Shown here: piece by piece, positions 38,372 to 48,988 of the stretch
Layout: the number at the start of each line of letters is the position of its first letter
Position numbering within the stretch: position 1 is the first letter of the stretch
NCBI GenBank assembly: GCA_964247055.1
Contig: OZ176056.1
Span: forward strand, 6,572,001 to 6,636,000
Source of the DNA: Paragordius varius
Lineage: Eukaryota > Animalia > Nematomorpha
Direction: 5' to 3'
Length of the DNA stretch: 64,000 nucleotides
Made by a program: the position numbers and the translations under genes
Notes under the pieces: model-generated
Databases searched by the model: none
What the model was told of the DNA's origin: nothing
What the model saw: only the letters and a program-made list of their open reading frames with translations

Positions 38372-40671
38372 CAGGGCTAACTTTTTTAATTCCCGACCCC
38401 ATTTATGATAGCGAGTTTCTTAACGCAACAATTCGAAAAACTCTTAGAAATTTTGGTGATAATATTTATCAGGATTATTTCGGTTTTAAGAGATTGCCAA
38501 AAACAAATCTACATTTTTTTTAAATTTTTATAACATCTTCTGCATAGATTATACAAGATATTATAATGATCGGTGGTCCCTTATTAAAGGAAAGAATGAT
38601 ATTATACAAATTCCCAAATGTGTTTAACTGAACTCTTATGGCTTCTTATTTTTTTTAAAAATTAATATCAAAACCACGCCATTTTTGTATGGCATCTCAG
38701 TTTTAAACCGGTAGGCCCCTACCCAACCTATTTGGAAAAAGCGCTGAGTTAAATTCTTTGCTTTTATAGGGTAAATATTTGGAATCATCTTTGATACCAT
38801 CGTCTCATGGGTTTTCGAAAAAATACCTCAACACTAAATTATCCTTATATGATGGCGAATTTTTAGGGCACAAGGGTCCTAAATTAACGGCTTATAAAAA
38901 AAACGCCTGATTTTTTTACCTAATTACGGATAATACAAGCTTTTAATGAGCTCATATGGCATAAATCTTCTGTAAATTAGCTCCAAAACAAAGCCATTTC
39001 TATATAGTGGCGCAGTTTTTGGCGGGTGCTCTTAAGAGCAGGTATAAAAAAGCGCTGGTTAATTTGCCCTCATATGGGGAATATTTGGAATTATCATGAA
39101 ATTCAATGTTATTAGACTCATAGGTTTTCTGAAATTTGGCTCCAAAATCATGCTATATCGAGATAGTGACGCAGTTTTTCGCGGGTCGTTTCAAACCATG
39201 GGCGAAACAAAAAAAAGCTCGATTTATTTTTTGCCTTAATTCGGGTAATACCTGTAATCATGATTGATTCCATATGCTCTCGTAGTACTCCAAAACCAAG
39301 AGGTCATTCTATTGTGGCGCATCTTTCAGGACAAGGGCCTAATTAAGGGGTAATTTATAAAACCACTCTACCCAAATTTTTGCCTTTTTAGGATAATATT
39401 TCAAGTCCTTATTGAACTCATATGGCCTGATAAGTGTTTTAAAATTTGCCTCCAAAGTCACGCTGTATCGATATGATGGCGCAGTTGTTGGCGGGAAACC
39501 CCTACCCAGAGGCCAATATAAAAAAGACGTTCGTAAAAAATTTTGCCTTCTGGAATCATCATTCATTTCATATGTCTTAAAGTTTATGAAAGAATGGCTT
39601 TAAAACTAAAATAGTTCAATGATAGCGCAAGGGCTTAAAGTGCCTATTTAACCGCTAATTTAAAAAAACCGCTAGACCTAAATTTTTGCCTTTTTACGGG
39701 TAATATTTTAAGCCCTATGGCCTGATAGGTTTTCTGAAAATTGACTCCTAAACAACGCAATTTTGATATGGTGGCGCAGTTGTAGGCGGGTAGCTCCCTG
39801 CCCAGAGGCTTATACAAAAAGAGCGCTTGATTAAAATTTTTGCCTTTTAATGGAGAATACATGGAATCATGATTGATTCAATATGCTCTCATTAGTTTTT
39901 GGAAAAATTGCCTCAAAACCAAAAAACCATTCTAGGGTGGTGCATTTTTCAGGGCCTGAAGGGCCTAATTAACGGCTAATATTAAAAAACCGCACGTCTT
40001 AAATTTTTGCCTTGTTGCGGATAATATTTTAAGCAGTTATTGAACTCATATGGCCTGATAGGTTTTCTGGAATTTAGCCCCAAAGGCACGCTATTTAGAT
40101 ATGACGGGTCAGTTTTTAGCGGGTATGTCCCTACCCAGCAGCTATCATCGAAGAAACGCTTTAAAATTTTTGCCTTTTAACAGGGAATACTTGGATTTTA
40201 CGGTCTCATACTTTGGGCGAAAAATAGTTTCAAAAAATTATTTTTGTGGACATTTTTTGAAAAAATTGTCATTTTACGGGGGGAGCGGGTAAAAAGAGTG
40301 CCTAAATTGAAAAAGCAATCGGTCTATGTTCGGCGCAATCGAAAGTAAGTAAACAAAAATCATATTTGAAATTGAATGGTCCAACGTCTCAAAGACACGA
40401 TTTTTGTGGACTTCAAAAAAAACCGTTTTTTACACGGGATGGGCCCGAACTGGGGCATAATTAAAAAAAGAGCGAAGCTATTGTCGGGGCATTCGCTAAT
40501 TAATAAATTTTTTGACATTTGGATGAATGGATTTACCGGTTTTCCGGAAACATATCACCAAGCCATATTTTCTATTTTTATAAATATATATATAAAAAAC
40601 ATTTTTTGTTAAATTTTAATTTTAACACTCGCGACCCCTTGAAGTCGCGACCCATAGCTTAACAAGCCCTG
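38372..40671 (+). mobile_element. Same hAT MITE family, expanded to 2.3 kb by internal cargo
   Basis: CAGGGCT...AAGCCCTG with perfect TSD ACATATGA. The first ~200 bp and last ~80 bp match the 32927-33455 copy. Confidence 0.9.
38600..40200. repeat. Divergent tandem array, ~10 monomers of ~155 bp with A/B dimer structure
   Basis: A TGGCGCA-like core recurs near 38690, 38852, 39007, 39167, 39314, 39477, 39621, 39772, 39938 and 40101, with TTTTGCC and GGTTTTCTG.AA motifs in between. Confidence 0.82.
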
Positions 40672-42340
40672 ACATATGACATTGAACAGAAAAGTGGTTT
40701 ATTTTGCATTCAATATTTAAACATGTCATGTTGTCCAAATTTTTGCCTTCGGGTTTATCCATAATATAAGTATTATCAAGTTTTTTTAAATTTTTTTATT
40801 TCTCGGTGAATCAATGTTATATAAGTGCAAACTTTCTAAATGATTTCAATTTGTTTTCCATATTTTTTTAAAATATTTGATATTAAAGAGGTCTGGGGTC
40901 CTAAAAGACGCCAATTTGAATCGGAATACTGAAATGAATTTATTGTCAAAAAGATAGATAATTTACATTTTACCATAAAGTTGCCCCACTATGATATATA
41001 ATGATTTCACAATAGCGGTATTTTACATAGATTTATTATTATTAAAACCATAGTTAGGATGTTCGAAAGCTAAAATTAATTATAGTTGTAAACCATCTAT
41101 TTAAATTTTTTTCGGCTTTATTCCTTTAAAGAGCGTTTCAGGGGTCGTATATATGTTTATACTTATCACAAAAGAAAATAAATTATTTTATATTGAGCCA
41201 ATATTTTCGCAAATACTGATATACCACCTACCTTACTTGGAGTTTATTTCGGAATGATAGCGAAGGTAAAAACATAGAAGTTGATACAAATCTCTAATAT
41301 CAGCTGTTTAGAATTTAGCCCGATTATAGCGTTTGACCTCCATTTTTTCAAAAAATTTAACAGACTGTCATTATATATCTAAAAATTTTAGTAAATGCCA
41401 CTTGTAGTGAAAGAGGCGTTAAGTCCTTGTTCTGTCCTCATTCACATAATGAATTCGAACCAAAACCTTAAGTTGGATAATGGATTTAATCAAAGGTGTA
41501 TGCCTGTGTTTATTATATATAAAAAATGTGTCGAAACTCTATCAAAACGAGTCTTACACCACAATTGTAAACACTGTCCCCTTATCAAATTTCGATTCTA
41601 GGCCATTATCAAAATTGTGAAATATATAAATGAATTATTTTATATGAAATGTTGGCTTTGAGGCAAGGTAAATGTACGACCCATTCAAAGAAAATAGGCT
41701 TTTTACTTTAAATTCAAATAGCTTTGTGTAAATAATTTTTGATAATACAATGCATTATTGTCTAGAGGTGTTTTGATATAGAATAACGGGTCAGGGTAAT
41801 ACTGCCTATAAGGTCATTATTTCTTTTATAGGAAGGTAACTGATTTCAATAATTCTATTCAATTATTTCTCTATATAGTATATCAAATGATTAATTAATT
41901 TTGTATTAATAAAACAGTAATAGACTTATCTACCATTTCCTCTAAAAATATACTAAGTTTATCACCCTTATACTTCATTTTTGAAATAATATTTTTCGTT
42001 TTCTCCGAATTCGATTTAAACAATTTCAATTTTTAAATTACGAGACATACAATCTATTCCCTATCACGCATAGCTGTAAATGCAAGATGATATATTTGAT
42101 AAAATCAAAATTATGGTTCCAAAGTAATAATCACTCAAATTATTGCTGGGAAAAATCGACCCAATCGTACGTTGTAGATTGATTAGTGTTGTTTATAGGG
42201 GTTATAGGCCAATCAGCTAGGCATATTTTAGAATGTTAAACCGATGATCGATGCGCAAGTCCATTAGGCGTATAAATAGGGGTTGCATATGCATGAATTC
42301 TTTTTTATTTTAATTAGTATGATATATAGATGGTTTTTAT

Positions 42341-43610
42341 CAGGGCTTCTAACCGAAACCCGGTTTCTGAAATTTTAGCAGTGACCGGTTGCGTTTTAAT
42401 CCTCCAGGAAAAAATTGAATTTCGAGTGATTCCCATATAGTTAAATTTAAAAAAATTAAATTTATTGTATAAATTATTATTTATTGTTGATTGCATAATA
42501 ACAGTTTCCAATCAAAATAAAATGACCATAATAATTTCAAAATTTGTTCTAAGTATTATTTTTAAAATGTGGATCATATGATAAGGTTTTTTACGGTATC
42601 TAATTGAAAGGAAATTAATATGTTCACATTTTTTTAATTGAACTTTAACTCCTAAGAGAACTACGGACATAATTATTTGGGTATATTTTTTTCCAATCTA
42701 TAGATAAGATTTAATCAATTATAAATATGGCAAATATGGCGCCCATTAATAACAAAAAAATGAGCCAATGGTACTCATATCGCGAGGGTCGAATGAGGCC
42801 CTTAAAATTTTTGCCAAAGATTTGTAAATTTTTAAATTTTATCATGTAAGGTTACAGCGATACCTATTATTGCTCGCAACTGAAAGAAACTTTACTAAGC
42901 TAAATTTTATATTTTCAGATCTGAATAGTAGTGTGACTACGGAATATTGGTACAATCATTTTTTAATAGTTAAATAAGTAGCTCCATGGGTGCGATAGTT
43001 AATACAAATACACCTATTACCTACCTTATGTACTTAAACATTTGGCGATTGAATCTTTCTAATAGATTATGTTTAAATTTACGATGTTTGATGTGATTTA
43101 TATCATAATAAATAAATTATTTAATAAAAATGCAAAAGCCAAAATGGAACCGGTTCCCTAATGTAAATAACCCGTTTCGAAATGGTTTTTTTTCAAGGAA
43201 TCGACCCGGTTCCAGTTTCACTTGCTCAGGAACCACCCCGGTTCCATTCTTAAATTCTTATAAACCATGCTGGTTCCCACCGCCGACACCCCGGTTAAGG
43301 GATTTCTTTTTTTGAACGGGTCCGAACAGTGGCTAGCTAGTAGGGGGAAGGGGGGATGCACCTGGCGTTATAAATAAAGGGACGCAGGATTTCAAAAAAT
43401 TTAATTTTATTTCAAAAAAAAGGTATTTAATAGTTGTTTTTTGAAATAATACAGAATAAAATCACCGATTTGTGAGTGGTTATGACCACGATTCGAATTT
43501 GATTATTTTATTTAAATACAAGGGGTTGTATGGGGGCGAAGGGGGAGCCATCACGGATTCATGCACCGGGCGACAGAAAAGCAACCCACGCCTCTGGGTC
43601 CAAAGCCCTG
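42341..43610. mobile_element. hAT-type non-autonomous element with AACCGGTT/GGAACC subterminal repeats
   Basis: CAGGGCTT...AAGCCCTG; flanks GTTTTTAT and GTTTT(C)TAT, i.e. an 8-bp TSD with one inserted base. Confidence 0.75.
43327..43596. mobile_element. 270-bp hAT-type MITE nested at the right end of 42341-43610
   Basis: CAGTGGC...GCCTCTG; TSD GGTCCGAA / GGTCCAAA. Confidence 0.8.
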
Positions 43611-43686
43611 GTTTTCTATCTTTTACAGTGTTTCTTTATTCCAATTTTTTATTTTATTGTTATCTCAAATGGAAATATGTGTTATA

Positions 43687-43960
43687 CAGTAAAAATTGAA
43701 ATTACACGGATAAAACGTTAAAATATAAAGAAAATATTTTTTTCTAAAAGATAACCCTACTTTTTTAATCTTTATTTGAAACAAAAATTGATTGTATTAA
43801 TGCAAAAAATAAAGATTGTAACAATCAATTATGTATTTTATGATTGTATTGTAATGATTTTTATAGGAAGAAATTAAGGTTTGAAAAAATATGGTTGTCT
43901 TTTGAAAAAAAATGTCTTTATATTTTTTACGTTTTCCCCATATAATTTCAATTTTTACTG
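43687..43960. mobile_element. TA-target palindromic MITE (274 bp)
   Basis: Perfect 18-bp TIR CAGTAAAAATTGAAATTA, flanked by TA on both sides. Confidence 0.88.
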
Positions 43961-44298
43961 TAAATATATCTTAACGAACTAAAATTTCCGGATAAATATT
44001 TGTGCTTCTACTTATTAAATTCAATGAAAACGCTCATTTTAAATAATTCAATGTCAACAAAAAACTTGACAGTTTCCAAATACTTTCACTAGATTTATTG
44101 TCTCACATATATTGGAGCGCTGTGTAATTAACATCATTATCACATTATCATTACCCTTTTAGAAATATCAACTTTAAATATCACTATGTTCGCTGCGCAA
44201 AATACAAATGGCTACAGAAGACAGTTTTCCGGGATTACTTTCAAAAAACCCTGAAATTAATGAGGTGCCACCCAAAGCTACGTGAAAATACATTCCTA

Positions 44299-45507
44299 CA
44301 CTGGCGAAAAAACAATTTTTTTTTCATTATATAGCTTATGACCAGAGAATTCATTTGTCGGAAAAAACTTTATTTGTTCACGACCTGGTTTTTGAAATAC
44401 TGAGAGAAAATCAAAATTGGGTAAAAATTTAAAAGGATAATCAAGAAAATAATGATAAAATTTGAGATATTATGATTTATTATTATTTAGCAGATATTTA
44501 ATATTTATAAATAGCCACCAATCATATAATATAGTTAAGGTTTTTATAAAAACTTAGATTAAAAAATCGGTTTTTTTCACATATTTAAAAGACAAAAGAT
44601 ATTTACAACTAAAAATAATTTTTTTAATTATTAACTAGCTAAACTAATAAAATGTTAACATTCAACTTTAATTCAGTAAAAAAACATATATCAAAAAAAA
44701 CTAAAAAAATTTGTATTTTGTTTTTCATTTTTTTGTCATCTGGTTTATGAAAAAAGTTTACTATTTTATTTTAGAATCTTACATGAGCGGGAATTATAAA
44801 GTAAATTAAATATAAGATAGCATTTACATGTTGTGGATTATTAACCAAAATCTGTACAGATTCCAGTAAAAACATTAATTTGTGTTAAAAACTTGTTACA
44901 GATATTTAGAATTTTTGGTCGATAATCCACTACTTTTAAATCCTATTTTGTTTAATTTTATATACTTTGATATTCCCGCTCATGCAAGATTCTTAAATTT
45001 AACGGCAAACTTTTTATGTATTCATAAACCAGATACGAAAAAATGAAAAAATAAAAACCAATATTTTTTGGTTTTATTTTAATATATAAGTTTTTTTATT
45101 AAATTAAATATGATTGTTAAGATTTTAAGAGTGAGTTTAGCTAGTAAATAATTAAAAAAATTATTTTAATATATTTTCATAAATTTTTTCTTTAAAGTAT
45201 GTTAAAAGAAAAACGCAGTTTTTTGATCTAAGTTTTAATAAAAACCTTAACTATTTGATTTTAGGGTTTTCATAAATTGTAAATATCTGTTAAAATGATA
45301 ATAAACCATAATATCTCAACTTTTTTCATTTTTTTAATTATCTTAATTATCCTTAATTTAAACGTTCGCCCAATTTAGATTTTTTATTAATATTTCAAAA
45401 ACTAGGTCGTCAACAAATAAAGTTTTTTGCGCCAAATCATTCGCTGGTCATAGGCTATCTCATGAAAATTTTTTTTTAAAAAATAACCTTCTTTTTTGCA
45501 CAAAGTG
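44299..45507. mobile_element. ~1.2-kb foldback element, copy B
   Basis: TA|CACTG...CAAAGTG; homologous to copy A throughout, centred near 44890. Confidence 0.85.
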
Positions 45508-45904
45508 CTATCATTTTTAACGTATTGTAAATGGTTAATTATATATATTCTGAAACGAAAAAGTACATCAAAGCCTTTTTGTGACAGAAGATAGTCCAAA
45601 AATTTTAAAAACCCCCTCTAGTGTATTTAGTAAGATTCCGATTCGAAATTTATTTATAGAAAAAAAATAAAGGGCTCCGTTGCGCTTTATGACTGTTAAA
45701 AATATTCTGTAGCTTTTATTCCCCCATATTAACCAGACTAGGAATATGTAAACACGTTTTGTCATATAAAATAATTATAATGGCTAAAAAAATTACATGA
45801 AATTTTCAGGAAAACGATGTTAAGGGTTTGTTTTTTATTAAAATTCCTTTTCCACAAGGTGGCCTTTAATATGCTAATATTTAAAAAAGGATAGAAATGA
45901 AGAA

Positions 45905-46767
45905 ATGATGTTGAAGTCATCGTTTGCTGGTAGAAACAAATGCTTTGAATAAAACACGTGATAATGGTTGCAAAAGTTTTAAAGTTGAAATATTAATATA
46001 AAAGAGTATGCCCTTTGGTACACCCCAGCGAGGCATTACGTGATTAGAAAAAATAAGCAGTAGACAACTATGAGTAATGGGACAGACTAATACTCGGTAA
46101 ATTAGTCTTATACAAATTGAATGAATGTCAAAATCGAAAATTGCTAAGTGACTTGGAATATCCTTGTTCAACGTCACGGAAATTTTGCATAGAATTGTGA
46201 GAGTAATAAAGTACCCTTATTTTGTAAATCCAAAGAGGAAAAAATCATGGCATTTATGCAAAGTCAATCCATCAACAATCAAGGTCAAATGGCTTGGCCT
46301 CTAGTTCAATAAAGCGGTATTTGTATTATGGACAAACCCAGTGTAACCATTAATCGATAACGCTATTTTTAACAATTAATTAGAACCATGCATTGATCGA
46401 GGAACAACCGGAATGGGCTACATGACATAGCGATTTTGATACATTACAATGCTCCGTCTCACACAGCCAAACTTGCGAATGTTATTATAACACCGCTTTA
46501 ATGAAAATAATCCATCTTGCATATCCAGACCTAGCTTCATCTGACTGTTAGCTCAGCGCATCAATGTGGCACGCACTCGTATAGCAGTTCTTTGATTTCA
46601 AAGATGTTGAAAAATGCCTAAACGAATGGTTTGCCGCAAAAGGCAATCAGCTTTTCTGATACGGCATTAATATAATACCCGAGAGATGGGCGAAATATGT
46701 AGAACCCGATGGCAATATTTTGAAAAAAAATAACTAAAAAAGCGGTAAAAACTTATGATACACCTGA
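45905..46767 (+). mobile_element. Degenerate mariner fragment (Mos1-like)
   Basis: RIV...FVNPKRKKSW, NAPSHTA, YPDLASSD, EWFAAK, PERWAKYV. The right end reverse-complements to TCAGGTGTATCATAAG, followed by TA. The left boundary is approximate. Confidence 0.85.
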
Positions 46768-47329
46768 TATTGTAGAGAGATAATGCCAACAATACAAAAA
46801 ATATGGTTAATATAAATTTAAATTATATTATCTTTTTAAGCATTTATTTTGAGAATATATGTCCACAAAGGAGCTTAAAGTTAACTTTAACATTTTAAAT
46901 TAAGTCACAATAAACAATAAAAATCATCAATATATAATTTTTGATCCTTATTACTGCGATAATATTTCCCATGCCGTACCTGGTAGAACCCTTTTTGTAA
47001 TATTTTAATAAAAAATGGAACTATTCATATATATATTTTTACTAATATAAAAGCGTCCTACTCCATATTTTAAATTAAAGGAATATTAATAGTCAGCTGT
47101 TTAGGTACTGAAATATGACGCATAGACCTCAAATTTTCATTTTAAAAACCTATATGGCACACTTCGATTATAAATCGTTTTATGATGAATCAAATGTTAT
47201 ATTGATAAGTTCCAGAAAAATTACACTTTTTTTTTTATAAATAAACCACTGACGGCATATACATGGGGTAAAACCCTAACCATGCGTTAATTCAAAAGTG
47301 GTCGATGCCCAACGACTAAAACCATCGAC

Positions 47330-47775
47330 GTCCTAATTTAATCTCTATGGCCTCATAAGATTTCTGGAAATTGGTGTTAAAAGCGACCATATTGTTTCCT
47401 CTTTACGATTGTCTGAAACCATTATTGTTTTATAAAGTCTATTAACTAAAGCGAAAAATTGGATCAAAAATTTATTTTTGGAAACCTCTGCAAAATGGCA
47501 TTTAAAGAAGGGGAGCGGGTAAGTAGAGGGAAGAATTAAAAAAGCGGGGCGTCAATAGGAGAATTTATAAAAAATTAAATATATTGAAATCAAATAGGAT
47601 TACGGGTTTTCTGAAAATATCTCCCAAACACAGAATTTTTGATTAGGGGGCATTTCAAAAAGTGGGCATCATAGTCGGAGCATTTAGTGATTAAAAATTT
47701 TCACGTTAGAATTCGAATAGGCCTAGCGTTTTCCGGATTTTGTGTCAAAGCCAATATGTTTTTTAATAAATATAT
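47330..47775. repeat. Dispersed repeat homologous to 40190-40590 and more weakly to 18960-19300; possibly Helitron/Helentron-like
   Basis: Shared GGGGAGCGGGTAA, CTC..AA.CAC.A.TTT, GTTTTCCGGA and AAGCCA.AT...TAAATATATA blocks. The class assignment is inference. Confidence 0.55.
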
Positions 47776-48687
47776 AGATTTATTAGCTGCGCTCTGTCAC
47801 GTGTCGATTAAATACAAAATATTTTCAAATAAATAAATAAATGAGTTTAAAAAAAGTAGGATTAATAAAAGGAGATAAATCCACGCATAACTAAAAAATA
47901 TCCTTCCCTTTAATTGTCTAATATCAATATTGAACTCGGACCATTTTTTTTAAAAAAGATCAAAAAAGTGGCTTGACTATACTCACCGCCTTATTAAATG
48001 ATGAAGACATATCAAAATTTCCATTTTATTAAGGATTAAAGTTCAAAATCTCCAGGATTACCCATTATCGGCTAACATGTAGAAGAGATTTTTTGCGACT
48101 GAATATGTGAAATTTTTTAGCTGGTTTCTTTAACCATAGCTGCTAATTTAAAAAATTTGCTTTATCATTATAGGCACTTAATCTAAGAAAATCTATGAGT
48201 TATAACTTAATTTAAATGAAGCCATATATTTCCGGAAAATTATTTTAAAGAGACATTTACACATTTATATCAGGTGGTATATACCAAGCCAAACTTTAGC
48301 GATTAGCTAATACCTTCATGAAGAATATATATATAACATTGATAAATTCGTGTGTTTTAATACGTTTTCCGGAAAGTTATTTAAAGATAAGTTTTTTTTA
48401 AATACTTATTTAATTGTTGAAAAACAATTTATAAACTACAAAAGTAACACAATAATTTTCATGTGCGGTTACCATTTTAAGGTTTTGCAGGTATAGTTAG
48501 TACATTAAACTAATTTATTCGGAACTTAAAACATAAACACTATTAGTGCGAATCCATAAAAACTATTCTCCTATGTCCTTTCAATTTGTAAGTAACTTTT
48601 TTTAATAATTTAACAATATTTTCTTTTTAATTTAGATCCAAATGTGTAATTCTTATTTATATGCTAACAATGTTAATTTTAAGTGTC

Positions 48688-48953
48688 TGATAGATTAGAA
48701 TACATCAAGTTAGCTAACCTTAGACGAGACAAATTTATATATTAGATTTGAATACATTTTTGATGACCTTTTATATAGGAGTTAAACCATTGTATCAATT
48801 TTGTATTTAACCTGCACACGTTATTTTACCTTAATTTAACATGTAAATATTATATTCACAAAAAGTATATAAACATCGAAAACTGTATATAGTTTAGATT
48901 ATGCATTTTATCTCAATAAATATTATTGTTTTACGGTTTCTCGATTTACTACA
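48688..48953 (+). repeat. 5' LTR (266 bp)
   Basis: Direct repeat of 52690-52915. Confidence 0.93.
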
Positions 48954-48988
48954 TTTGGCGCGATCAATTTTTTTACTTCATAATTTGC

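Noticed and set aside
39339-40612. Several 60-78-aa ORFs resembling one another
   Set aside because: They are translations of the satellite monomers, not genes.
43130-43721. GC-rich ORFs as horizontally acquired or exonic sequence
   Set aside because: Fully explained by nested hAT elements with TIRs and TSDs.
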